A DNA stretch of 64,000 bases from the NCBI GenBank assembly GCA_942492115.1, contig CALODL010000002.1, forward strand, positions 242,803 through 306,802, given 5' to 3'. Below are positions 28,269 through 37,543 of the stretch, piece by piece (position 1 is the first letter of the stretch; each line of letters begins with the position of its first letter). The position numbers were made by a program, and so were the translations under genes. The DNA comes from an uncultured Planctomycetota bacterium (GTDB taxonomy: Bacteria; Planctomycetota; Phycisphaerae; UBA1845; CAIVHJ01). The notes under the pieces were generated by a model, which saw only the letters and a list, made by a program, of their open reading frames with translations, ran no database searches and had not been told where the DNA came from.

Positions 28269-29912
28269 ATGATGTCGAAGTTCGCATGCTGCGCGGGGGT
28301 TGTCCTGTCCGCCGTGGTCGCCAGGTCGGGGGCCATTTCTGGACCACCTGCCATGGCCGAACGGGTCCAGGCGTACGCAACGGTGCGCCTGTCTGCCGAC
28401 CTGGCCGCACTGACACCTACGGAACGTCAGATGATTCCGCTGCTCATCGAAGCAGCCCGGCAGATGGACGCGATCTTCTGGCTGCAGGCCTACGGTGATC
28501 GTGACGCGCTGCTCAAGACCGTGCGCGACCCGCACACACGCCGGTTCTGTGAGATCAACTACGGTCCGTGGGACCGCCTCGGCGACAACGCACCGTTCGT
28601 CGCGGGCGTCGGCCCCAAACGGCCGGGGGCCAACTTTTATCCACCAGACATGACACGCGAAGAATTCGAGACCCATCTGGCCAAGTACCCATCGGATCGA
28701 GCAGCCTTCACCAGTCAGTACACGGTCATCGTGCGCAAGCCTGGAGGAACGTTGTCGGCCACGCCGTACAACGCGTTCTACGGGGCTCTGACCCGTCGAG
28801 CCATCTCCAAGTTGAAGGCCGCCGGCTCGCTGACCGAGAACAAGGCCCTGAAGGTCTACCTCTTTACGCGTGCGACGGCGCTGGCGACCGACCAGTATCG
28901 CGAGAGCGATCGCGTGTGGCTTGACATGAAAGACAATACGCTGGACATCGTCATCGGTCCCATTGAGACGTACGAGGATCAACTGTTTGGTTACAAGGCC
29001 GCTCACGAGGCCTATGTGCTGGTCAAGGACAAGACCTGGAGTGCACGGTTGGCGCGCTATGCTGCCATGCTGCCCGATCTTCAGCGCCACCTGCCGTGTG
29101 CTCAGGAATACAAGAACGAGATGCCCGGTACAGATTCAGATCTGGGAGCCTACGATGTCATCTTCTACGCAGGTGACTGTAACGCAGGGGCCAAGACCAT
29201 CGCGGTCAATCTGCCCAACGACGAACAGGTTCAGCTGGAGAAGGGCACGCGTCGTCTGCAGTTGAAGAATGCGATGAAGGCCAAGTTCGATCGCATTGTC
29301 GTGCCTCTGGCCAAAGTCCTGATCGATGAAGACCAGCGGCGGCACGTGACGTTCGACGCGTTCTTCTCCAACACCATGTTTCACGAAGTGGCCCACGGTC
29401 TGGGTATCAAGAACACGATCAATGGCCGGGGGACCGTGCGTCAAGCGCTCAAGGAGCAGGCCTCGGCGCTCGAGGAGGGCAAGGCCGACATCCTGGGCTT
29501 GTACATGGTTACACGGTTGTACGAACAGGGAGAACTGAAAGAGGGCACGGTCATGGACAACTACGTGACTTTCCTCGCAAGCATCTTCCGTTCAATTCGC
29601 TTCGGGGCCAGTTCCGCTCATGGACGGGCCAACATGATGCGGTTCAATTTCTTCAAAGAGCATGGGGCGTTCACGCGGAGTCCGAGCGGATCGTATCGTG
29701 TGAATTTCGACAAGATGAAGCAGGCCATGGAGGCCCTGAGCACGCGCATCATTCAGCTTCAGGGCGACGGCGATTACGATGGCACGGTCGAGATGATGAC
29801 CCGGTTGGGTCTGATTGGTCCGGTGCTGCAGGGAGATCTCGAGCGTTTGCGCGGCGCGCGAATTCCCGTGGACATCGTATTCGAGCAGGGTGTGGACGTC
29901 CTTGGGCTGTAG
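28269..29912 (+). CDS. secreted zinc metallopeptidase, dipeptidyl-peptidase III (M49)-like
   Basis: Signal peptide. Zinc motifs MFHEVAHGLG (HExxH) and, about 30 aa later, LEEGKADILG (EExxAD), matching the two-motif layout of DPP III-family enzymes. AAGGAG SD upstream. Confidence 0.55.
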   Translation: MMSKFACCAGVVLSAVVARSGAISGPPAMAERVQAYATVRLSADLAALTPTERQMIPLLIEAARQMDAIFWLQAYGDRDALLKTVRDPHTRRFCEINYGPWDRLGDNAPFVAGVGPKRPGANFYPPDMTREEFETHLAKYPSDRAAFTSQYTVIVRKPGGTLSATPYNAFYGALTRRAISKLKAAGSLTENKALKVYLFTRATALATDQYRESDRVWLDMKDNTLDIVIGPIETYEDQLFGYKAAHEAYVLVKDKTWSARLARYAAMLPDLQRHLPCAQEYKNEMPGTDSDLGAYDVIFYAGDCNAGAKTIAVNLPNDEQVQLEKGTRRLQLKNAMKAKFDRIVVPLAKVLIDEDQRRHVTFDAFFSNTMFHEVAHGLGIKNTINGRGTVRQALKEQASALEEGKADILGLYMVTRLYEQGELKEGTVMDNYVTFLASIFRSIRFGASSAHGRANMMRFNFFKEHGAFTRSPSGSYRVNFDKMKQAMEALSTRIIQLQGDGDYDGTVEMMTRLGLIGPVLQGDLERLRGARIPVDIVFEQGVDVLGL

Positions 29913-30077
29913 GGCCATCGGCAGCAGACGTATAATGGCAACCAGTGATTATACTCGCTGGTCGTGTCCGTGGGACTTAGGTTTAATGGGTTGTTCAGTG
30001 CCGGCCGGACCGGGCGTGCAGCGCTCGCAATACGCAGTACACAGGTGACCTGACCACTAACTCGAAGAGGTGCACAT

Positions 30078-31178
30078 ATGGGGCTGTGGGATAAGATCAA
30101 AGGCGAATTGATTGATATCATCGAGTGGCTGGATGATTCCAGCCAGACGATGGTCTACCGTTTCGAGCGGTACGGCAATGAAATCAAGTACGGTGCAAAA
30201 CTCATCGTCCGGCCTGGTCAGGTCGCCGCATTCGTGAACGAAGGGCAGCTTGCCGATATCTACGAACCGGGCACCCACACGCTCGAGACTCAGAACATGC
30301 CGATCCTGGCCACCCTCAAGGGGTGGAAGTACGGATTCGAGAGTCCATTCAAGGCCGAGGTGTACTTCGTTACCACGCGCCAGTTCACCGATCTGAAGTG
30401 GGGTACGAAGAATCCGATCATGCGACGCGATGCCGAGTTCGGCCCTGTCCGATTGCGCGCTTTTGGAACCTACTCCATTCGCGTGAAGGATGCCGGGAAG
30501 TTCATTCACGAGATCGTGGGAACGGACGGGCACTTCACGACAGACGAGATCACCGATCAGCTGCGGAACATCGTTGTTTCGCGCTTTGCCGACATTCTCG
30601 GCGAAAGCAGCATTCCCATTTTGGATCTAGCCGGCAACTACGATGAACTTGGCGATTTCATTAAGCAGCGTATTCAGCCCGAGTTCGACGGCTACGGCAT
30701 AGACATCGGGACCATGCTGGTCGAAAACATCTCGCTGCCCAAGGAGGTGGAGGAGGTTCTCGACAAACGCACGAGCATGGGTGTGGTCGGCAACCTCCAG
30801 GCGTACACCCAATTCCAGGCGGCCGAGGCGCTGGAAAAGGCTGCGGAGAATCCGGGAGGGATGGCCGCCGGGGGCATGGGGATGGGTATGGGTTTTGCCA
30901 TGGCCAATCAAATGGGCCAGTCGATGAGCGCGCCGTCAGCAGGGGGTGGGGCGCCGCCGCCGCTTCCGCAGGGCGTTGCGTTCTTTCTTGGTCTCAACGG
31001 CCAACAGGCTGGCCCTTTTGACATCGAGGGCCTCAAGGCCAAGGCGGCCGCGGGGGAGCTGACCCGCGACACACTGGCGTGGACGCAGGGCATGCCCGAG
31101 TGGAAAAAGGCCGGCGATGTGCCTGCGCTGACGGCCGTGTTCGGCAGTCAGCCACCGCCATTGCCGCCGAAGTCTTAG
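30078..31178 (+). CDS. SPFH/band-7 domain protein (COG4260-like) with a C-terminal GYF_2-like domain
   Basis: N-terminus MGLWDKIKGELIDIIEW... and an SPFH core (…VYFVTTRQFTDLKWGT…FGTYSIRV…). A Gly/Met linker follows. The C-terminal FFLGLNGQQAGPFDIEGLKAKAAAGELTRDTLAWTQGMPEWKKAGDVPAL matches the GYF_2 pattern. Confidence 0.7.
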   Translation: MGLWDKIKGELIDIIEWLDDSSQTMVYRFERYGNEIKYGAKLIVRPGQVAAFVNEGQLADIYEPGTHTLETQNMPILATLKGWKYGFESPFKAEVYFVTTRQFTDLKWGTKNPIMRRDAEFGPVRLRAFGTYSIRVKDAGKFIHEIVGTDGHFTTDEITDQLRNIVVSRFADILGESSIPILDLAGNYDELGDFIKQRIQPEFDGYGIDIGTMLVENISLPKEVEEVLDKRTSMGVVGNLQAYTQFQAAEALEKAAENPGGMAAGGMGMGMGFAMANQMGQSMSAPSAGGGAPPPLPQGVAFFLGLNGQQAGPFDIEGLKAKAAAGELTRDTLAWTQGMPEWKKAGDVPALTAVFGSQPPPLPPKS

Positions 31179-31431
31179 TGCTCCCTTTCATGATTGGGTG
31201 TAGGGTACTCCGCGGCGATTGTCGTGTTGGGCAAGGCGCGAGGAGGAGGCGATGCCTGACATCGTTGACGACGAGCAACACAGTCCAGGGCGGCAAGCGT
31301 CCGGAAAACCCTACAAAGAATTGTGAAATGGGGCACTTAGCTCCCTGACGAAATCGTCGATGATTCGTGAACCCGTCGTGCGCGACCCGCGTGAGTCGTG
31401 CTGACCCTCCGACCTGACGCGGGGCCCATGC

Positions 31432-32518
31432 ATGCCGGCTGATCAGGACCAGACGAAGTCTGCGACCTTCAGGCAGTTTCCCTGCCGAGAATGCGGGGCC
31501 AAACTTGCCTACGAGCCTGGTACCACTGCGCTCAAATGCATGTACTGCGGGGCAACGAACGTGATCGCGCAGTCCGACGAAGAGATCGATGAGCTCGACT
31601 TCGAGGTCGTTCTCAAGGATCTCGAGACCAACGCTGAAATGATGGAGACCCGGACGGTCAAGTGCGGGCCGTGCGGCGCAGACGTCGACCTGCCGGACGA
31701 CGTCACCGCATTGAAGTGTCCATTCTGCGGCAGCGACATCGTTGCCACCGAACACAGTGGCCGTCAGATCAAACCTCGCGCGGTCCTGCCCTTCAGGGTC
31801 CCCCGTGATGCGGCCCGGGAGGCCTTTCGCGGCTGGCTCAAGAGCCGCTGGTTCGCCCCAGGGGCGCTCAAGCACGCCGAACACGCCACCGATCGTCTGC
31901 TGGGCATGTACGTACCCTATTGGACCTACGACTGCAAGGCCACGAGTCGTTATACAGGGCAGCGCGGCGAGCACTATGTGGTGACGGTGGGGTCGGGCAA
32001 GAACCGTCGCACCGAGGTGCGCACGAGGTGGTATCCAGCGAGTGGGACGGTGTACAACGACTTCGATGACGTGCTGGTCATGGCCAGTCACAGCCTTCCC
32101 GCGCAAGTACGCACGCGAACTCGAGCCTTGGGATCTGGAAAACCTCGAGCCCTACAGTGACGCGTATCTCAGTGGATTCGGCTCCGAGCGCTACCAGGTG
32201 GGTTTGCGTGACGGGTTCGTCGAGGCCCAGGGACGCATGCAAGAGGTCATCGAGCAGACGATCCGTCAAGATATCGGCGGGGACGTGCAGATGATCAGCA
32301 CGGTCGACACGCGGTGGGCGGACATTTCATTCAAACACGTCCTGCTGCCACTGTGGATCAGTGCCTACCGCTTCAAGAACCGCGTGTTTCGTTTCTTGAT
32401 CAACGCCCGCACCGCCGAGGTCCAGGGCGAGAGACCATACAGCTGGATCAAGATCACATTGGCTGCGCTGGCAGCTCTTGGCGTTGTAGGTGTGATCATT
32501 GCCCTGTCCCAACAATGA
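31432..32518 (+). pseudogene. double zinc-ribbon, C-terminally membrane-anchored protein; frameshifted paralog of 33824-34921
   Basis: Four CxxC pairs (CRECG...CMYCG and CGPCG...CPFCG). The reading frame switches at about 32098-32104. The paralog reads ...MASSALPQGLAESLEPWDL..., while here ...MASHSLP is in frame 1 and RKYARELEPWDL continues in frame 2. C-terminal TM ITLAALAALGVVGVIIAL. Confidence 0.6.
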
Positions 32519-32521
32519 TCG

Positions 32522-33640
32522 TCAGGGCGTCGATACGGGTTGTGGAGGCCGTTCGAAGAATGTATCCGTCAGCTGTACATTCAAGGTCAACCGTCGTTGG
32601 TCGACCGGCGGAATATCGTGGTCGGCGCCCTCGAACTTGAAATCATACCACTGCGGAATCTGCACACCGGCGTTTTCGAAATAGGACGTGTACACGCGCG
32701 TCGATTGCCCGAACATCATGTTCGGTCCCTGGCCCCGGTAGCTCATGGTGACGATGCGACCGCTGTCGGGATCGATGCCCAGAACACTGGTGGCGCCGGC
32801 CCAGTGCACGGCCACCTGTTCAAGGTTCATGTGTGCGCCCTTGTGTTCGAGAGACATGCCCCCCTGGTACACCGCAACGAATTCGGGGCGTGTCCGGCCC
32901 TGCAGGATGGCCAGGATATTGCGTCCGATGTAGATCTTTCGAGCAGCGCTGCACTGCTGGGCATGCAAAGCGTAGTTGCTCTTCGGACTGCTGCGCCAAC
33001 CCGCTTGCGGCGTCACGATAAGCGTGCGAATGTCGTCTCCCCAGGTCTGGTCCTGGCGAAAAGACAATGTGGTGAGATCGACAGTGCGCATATCCACCGT
33101 TTCATGCGTTTCTTCTCGCCACGTTGTATTGCGGCGGGTCGTGGACCTGTAAGTCTTGAGCGCATCAACGGCGGCGGCCCCACCAGCCGCGGCAACTGCC
33201 TGGTCGATGAGCGCCCGGCCTCGGGAAACGGCTTCGGGTGTGCCAGTCGGAATGAGGTCGGGTGTGTCGAGGACTCTGTCAGGATTCTTCAGGAACGTTT
33301 CCTTGCACGACTTTGAAGCGAAAATGTACAGCTTGTTCTCGTGTGTGGCGTAATAGAAAGTCGTCCCCAATCCGCTCAGTGCGCCCATGCGTCCGCACGC
33401 ACCGCCGAGTTGAATCTCGTATTTCTCGGGAGCCTCGAGGAAGGTGGCACGATTCTGCTCATTGACGAACAGGTAACGGTAGCGGTAGTGCATCGCGGCA
33501 ATGTCTTTGTTGCCGTTCGCCTCGTTGCCGCGCAGCAGTTCAACAGGATCGACTGGAAACGTCGCAGCGAAATCCTGGGCGGTGAGCGGTGCGGTCATAC
33601 TCAAGAATGCAATGCATAGCCTTGCACATTTCAGAGCCAT
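32522..33640 (-). CDS. secreted hypothetical protein with an N-terminal YHS-like domain
   Basis: Signal peptide MALKCARLCIAFLSMTAPLTAQD, with a GGAG SD 9 nt upstream. The segment YRYRYLFVNEQNRATFLEAPEKYEIQLGGAC resembles YHS-type domains. The rest is unassigned. Confidence 0.4.
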   Translation of the reverse strand: MALKCARLCIAFLSMTAPLTAQDFAATFPVDPVELLRGNEANGNKDIAAMHYRYRYLFVNEQNRATFLEAPEKYEIQLGGACGRMGALSGLGTTFYYATHENKLYIFASKSCKETFLKNPDRVLDTPDLIPTGTPEAVSRGRALIDQAVAAAGGAAAVDALKTYRSTTRRNTTWREETHETVDMRTVDLTTLSFRQDQTWGDDIRTLIVTPQAGWRSSPKSNYALHAQQCSAARKIYIGRNILAILQGRTRPEFVAVYQGGMSLEHKGAHMNLEQVAVHWAGATSVLGIDPDSGRIVTMSYRGQGPNMMFGQSTRVYTSYFENAGVQIPQWYDFKFEGADHDIPPVDQRRLTLNVQLTDTFFERPPQPVSTP

Positions 33641-33823
33641 GGAGGTGCTCCTGGATGAGGGCGAATTGTTCACGAAATCCGACCGCATCTTAGCATCAAG
33701 CCGGGGGGCATGGCCATGTCTGAGCCGGCGTCCAATAAGCGTGGACCGACCCAATCGTGGAATCGATTCCAGCCGATAGTCTGAGAGGATTCGTGAAGAA
33801 AGCCGTTGCCGTGGAGTACCGTT

Positions 33824-34921
33824 ATGTTCAGGCAGGATGGGGCCATCGGTCCGAAACAGTTCCCGTGCGGTCGCTGCGGTGGGCAGGTGTCCTTCGCTCC
33901 TGGTGCGCACACGCTGGTATGCGACCACTGCGGAGACAGCCAGACGATTTCGTCAGTGGGCGAAGATGTGGCCGAACTGGACTACGCGATGCACCTGGCA
34001 CAGCTGGAGTCTGAGGCCCCGGTCGAGGACATTCTGGCCGTTCATTGTGCCGCGTGTGGTGCCGACATTCAGCCCGGCCACGACACCCTTGCCATGCAAT
34101 GCCCGTTCTGTGCGGCCAGTCTCGTCGGCGTGCCGCAGGCCGCGCGGCATTTGCGACCCAACGGGATTCTACCTTTTGCGACCACTGTACAGCAGGCGCA
34201 CGATGGCCTGCGGAGGTGGTTGAATGACTTGTGGTTCGCTCCGGCGCGGCTCAAGAGCTGTGCCCGGCGCGAGGGTCCCTTGAGCGGAGTGTATATACCG
34301 TATTGGGTGTTCAGTTGCGTGGCCACGAGCTTCTACAGTGGCCGACGGGGTACACACTCGGTCGACCGCAATGGTCACAGTCACATACGCTGGCAGAATG
34401 TCGTTGGCTGGATCAAGGATGTGTTGAGTTATGTGCGGATCATGGCGTCAAGTGCGCTGCCGCAGGGCTTGGCCGAGTCTCTCGAACCATGGGATCTCGC
34501 CCGACTCGAACCGTATGACGACAGCTACCTGAGCGGGTTTCGGGCCGAACACCATCGTATGGCCCTGGCGGACGGCTTCGAGGCGGCCAAGGTCAAAATA
34601 GAACATCGAGTCCGCGTCAGCGCGATGGCGGACATGGGGGGAGACCACCAGGAGATCAAGAGCATCAAGAGTCAGTTTGACGACGTTCGTTTTCAGCTCG
34701 TACTCATGCCCGTGTGGGTTTGTGCTTATCGTTTCAAGGACCGCGTCTACCAGGTCCTGGTCAACGGCCGTACGGGTGAGGTAGTCGGTGATCGCCCATA
34801 CGACGGATTGAAAATCGCGGGAGCCGTATTATCGGCCTTGCTGGTTGCGTGCGGGATTGGGTGCGCGGTCATGTGGCTGGCCACACGCAATGGGGGCATC
34901 ACGGGCGGTCTCATAAACTGA
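33824..34921 (+). CDS. double zinc-ribbon, C-terminally membrane-anchored protein (intact paralog)
   Basis: CGRCGG...CDHCG and CAACG...CPFCA zinc ribbons. Conserved core shared with 31432-32518 (LPF..., YIPYW, EPWDL..LEPY..YLSGF, LVLMPVWVCAYRFKDRVYQVLVNGRTGEV). C-terminal TM. GGAG SD 7 nt before the ATG. Confidence 0.65.
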   Translation: MFRQDGAIGPKQFPCGRCGGQVSFAPGAHTLVCDHCGDSQTISSVGEDVAELDYAMHLAQLESEAPVEDILAVHCAACGADIQPGHDTLAMQCPFCAASLVGVPQAARHLRPNGILPFATTVQQAHDGLRRWLNDLWFAPARLKSCARREGPLSGVYIPYWVFSCVATSFYSGRRGTHSVDRNGHSHIRWQNVVGWIKDVLSYVRIMASSALPQGLAESLEPWDLARLEPYDDSYLSGFRAEHHRMALADGFEAAKVKIEHRVRVSAMADMGGDHQEIKSIKSQFDDVRFQLVLMPVWVCAYRFKDRVYQVLVNGRTGEVVGDRPYDGLKIAGAVLSALLVACGIGCAVMWLATRNGGITGGLIN

Positions 34922-34998
34922 TGTGCCAATTCCTCTATCGTAGGCTAACACAGCAGGTTACCCATTCATTCACAATCACCGAGCCAGAGAGGGAGAGC

Positions 34999-35370
34999 AT
35001 GACCCCTGCCGAAGACCACAGCCCGATGGAATCCGAGTTTGGTGCCAGCATGACCGCAAAGAGTCTTGCCGCTGACCTGTATGCACAGGCCTGTGATCGC
35101 GGTGAATCAGAATGGCGACGAGGAGCGCAGCGGCGCGACATTCGTGAAGACATTTCCATCGAGGTTCCCGGCCACAAGCATCCCGTGTCCGGATTCACCT
35201 ATCAGGTGTCGCCCGATTCCATGACAGTGTGCTGCCGTCAGGCATTGGAACTCGAGACCGTCGTAATAGTCCGCCGGGCATATGTCGAGGATGGACTGTG
35301 CGACGAAGGAACCGTCATGCACTGCACGCAGACGATTGGTGGGTACAAGGTCGGCATCAAGTTCAGCTAG
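34999..35370 (+). CDS. hypothetical protein, weak PilZ-like pattern
   Basis: 123 aa with a GGGAG SD upstream. RRDIR (RxxxR), followed by ...GFTYQVSPDSM..., is only loosely PilZ-like. Confidence 0.35.
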   Translation: MTPAEDHSPMESEFGASMTAKSLAADLYAQACDRGESEWRRGAQRRDIREDISIEVPGHKHPVSGFTYQVSPDSMTVCCRQALELETVVIVRRAYVEDGLCDEGTVMHCTQTIGGYKVGIKFS

Positions 35371-35438
35371 TCGATGAAGGTCTGTCGTCGGCCGTCCATG
35401 GCCAGCGCGAGCAACCTGCAACGTGTGCGCAACGCCGT

Positions 35439-37376
35439 CTAACGAGGCGGCGTTTTCATGCGCCGTCTGCGGGGCATGCCCAGCAGGCCCGCGCACATCA
35501 ACAGCAGCGATGATGCGCTGGTTGCCCCACACATGCCAGCGGGAGCCTGGCCCGTATCCGGCCCCGTGTTCTCACGAACGGTGGTGTCGTCGTCTGCGGC
35601 ATCCAGCATGCAGCCCAATTCGTCAACGGCGACACCGAACGGCGTGTCTTCGCACCGATCGATGCGGTTGACGACCCCGTCGTAGTCGCGGTCTTCATTG
35701 CCCGTGTCAGGCAGCGCGCAGCCGGCCAGATCGACCTGTCGTCCCGGGGGCGTTCGCGGGCACTGGTCGATGGCGTCATTGAGGCCATCGTTGTCGGAGT
35801 CCAGCTCGAATACGGCACAGCCGAGGGCGTCGACCGGCTGGCCGAGGGGTGTGGTCAAGCAGCGATCGAGAGCATCCACTGTGCCGTCACGGTCCCCATC
35901 ACGCTCACTGGCTGCACAGCCAAACGCGTCGACCTCTTCGCCGTTCGGTGTGTTCGCGCAGTCGTCGAAACACAGCGCGACACCGTCGGAGTCGTCATCA
36001 TTCTCCGCCGTCCCGCAGCCGCACTGGCCTGGCGATATCTTGCCCGGATCCAAAGGGCAGTCGTCTACGCAATCAGGGGCCTGGTCTCCATCGGTGTCGG
36101 TCTCAGGTTCCCCGCATCCGCAGCGGCGCGGTTCGATCTTGTCGGGATCACGCGGACACAGGTCAACACAAGCAGCGAAGCCGTCTTCATCGGCATCGAT
36201 ATCGGGCTCACCGCATCCACATTGACCGTCCTCGATCTTATCAGCGTCGTCGGGACACCCGTCAGCGCAGTCCGGCGTACCGTCACCGTCGCTATCGGTG
36301 AGATCGGCGTCGCACCCGCACGGCTCGGGGTCGGTGCGGTCGGCATTCTCGGGGCAACCATCGCATGCATCACCTATAGCATCCTCGTCGGAATCGTCCT
36401 GGCCCGTGTTGGCCACATCAGGGCAGTTGTCATCGTCATTGGGGACATCATCGCCGTCGCGGTCATCATCGCATAGATCACCCATTCCGTCCGAGTCGCC
36501 ATCCTCTTGTGTGGGATTGAATTCAACCGGACAGTTGTCGATCTCGTCAGGGATGGCATCTTCGTCTGCATCCTCATCTGACGAAACCAGCTGCAGGATG
36601 ACGTTGACTTTGTGTGGTTGCGGGTTATCGGGATCCTCACCGAGACAGTCGGTGCTCAGCACGGTGATCGTTCCGCTGAGTGGCCCCTCGCCAGGCAGCA
36701 CGTCGGCAGGGTCGGCGATGACACGTAGTTCGGTCGCCGACGTCGTTCCGAAGTCACTATCGGGCGTGACGCTGAGCCAGTCGCCAGTGGATTGGGCGCT
36801 GGCGGTCCAGTCGCGGCCGATGACCGTATCGCACACGGTGTCGAAGGTGACCACGCCTTCGACCGGCGGTCCCCCGGCCACGGCGTTCAGGGTGATCGTC
36901 GCGGGAGTGAGGCGATGCGGCGTGGCGTCATCCAGGGCGATTTCGAGGATGACCGTGACCAGTCCGATGTCCAGTGGAGTGCTCAGGCGCAGGCCGTCAC
37001 AGTCGCTGGCAGACGTGAATTGAATGTTGGCCGCGTATGTGCCGACCGGCAGAGCATCGGCATGAGCGCCGATCGCAATGTCCACGATGCCATGAGCGGC
37101 AGGCCCTCCGCTCGGGCTGAGACTGAGCCATTCACCCAGAGCCGTCGGTGGATCGACGGTGGCCCGCCATTGCCGGCCACCGGGCGCAGAACAACCGGTG
37201 TCCAGGTGGATCGTCCGGGCCGCCGGATCGGCCCCTGTCAGCAGAACGTTATACGTATCGAGGCTCTGTCCGGAAGCTGCCACGGCCATCAGGCCCGGCA
37301 GAATCCAGAACGAGCGAAATGGGTCGAATCTCCCCACGCGTTTCCCCTTAGACATTGAACGCCCAATGCGGCGCAT
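35439..37376 (-). CDS. secreted calcium-binding repeat protein (thrombospondin type-3-like DxDxDG repeats with CGCG motifs), C-terminal TM + Arg-rich tail
   Basis: Signal peptide, then N-terminal Ig-like segments. At least 10 acidic repeats follow (DSDGDGTPDCADGCPDDADKIEDGQCGCGEPDIDADEDG..., ERDGDRDGTVDALDRC...). The C-terminus is SASSLLLMCAGLLGMPRRRRMK. Confidence 0.75.
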   Translation of the reverse strand: MRRIGRSMSKGKRVGRFDPFRSFWILPGLMAVAASGQSLDTYNVLLTGADPAARTIHLDTGCSAPGGRQWRATVDPPTALGEWLSLSPSGGPAAHGIVDIAIGAHADALPVGTYAANIQFTSASDCDGLRLSTPLDIGLVTVILEIALDDATPHRLTPATITLNAVAGGPPVEGVVTFDTVCDTVIGRDWTASAQSTGDWLSVTPDSDFGTTSATELRVIADPADVLPGEGPLSGTITVLSTDCLGEDPDNPQPHKVNVILQLVSSDEDADEDAIPDEIDNCPVEFNPTQEDGDSDGMGDLCDDDRDGDDVPNDDDNCPDVANTGQDDSDEDAIGDACDGCPENADRTDPEPCGCDADLTDSDGDGTPDCADGCPDDADKIEDGQCGCGEPDIDADEDGFAACVDLCPRDPDKIEPRRCGCGEPETDTDGDQAPDCVDDCPLDPGKISPGQCGCGTAENDDDSDGVALCFDDCANTPNGEEVDAFGCAASERDGDRDGTVDALDRCLTTPLGQPVDALGCAVFELDSDNDGLNDAIDQCPRTPPGRQVDLAGCALPDTGNEDRDYDGVVNRIDRCEDTPFGVAVDELGCMLDAADDDTTVRENTGPDTGQAPAGMCGATSASSLLLMCAGLLGMPRRRRMKTPPR

Positions 37377-37543
37377 GACCCCTTGGTTAATGCTAGGCAT
37401 GGACTTATGGCGGGTCAACCACGGTTTGGGCCCCACGGCGCCAGACTTGATCCTTGCTGCCCGTTGCGCCCTGGCGTACGCTGAATGGACGAGTTTGCAA
37501 GCAGCCTTGCCTTGTCACATCTCAGAAGTGAGGGAAAAGCGTC

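Noticed and set aside
28215-29090. 291-aa minus-strand ORF opposite the M49-like peptidase gene.
   Set aside because: No recognisable motifs. The plus-strand gene has an SD, a signal peptide and zinc-binding motifs.
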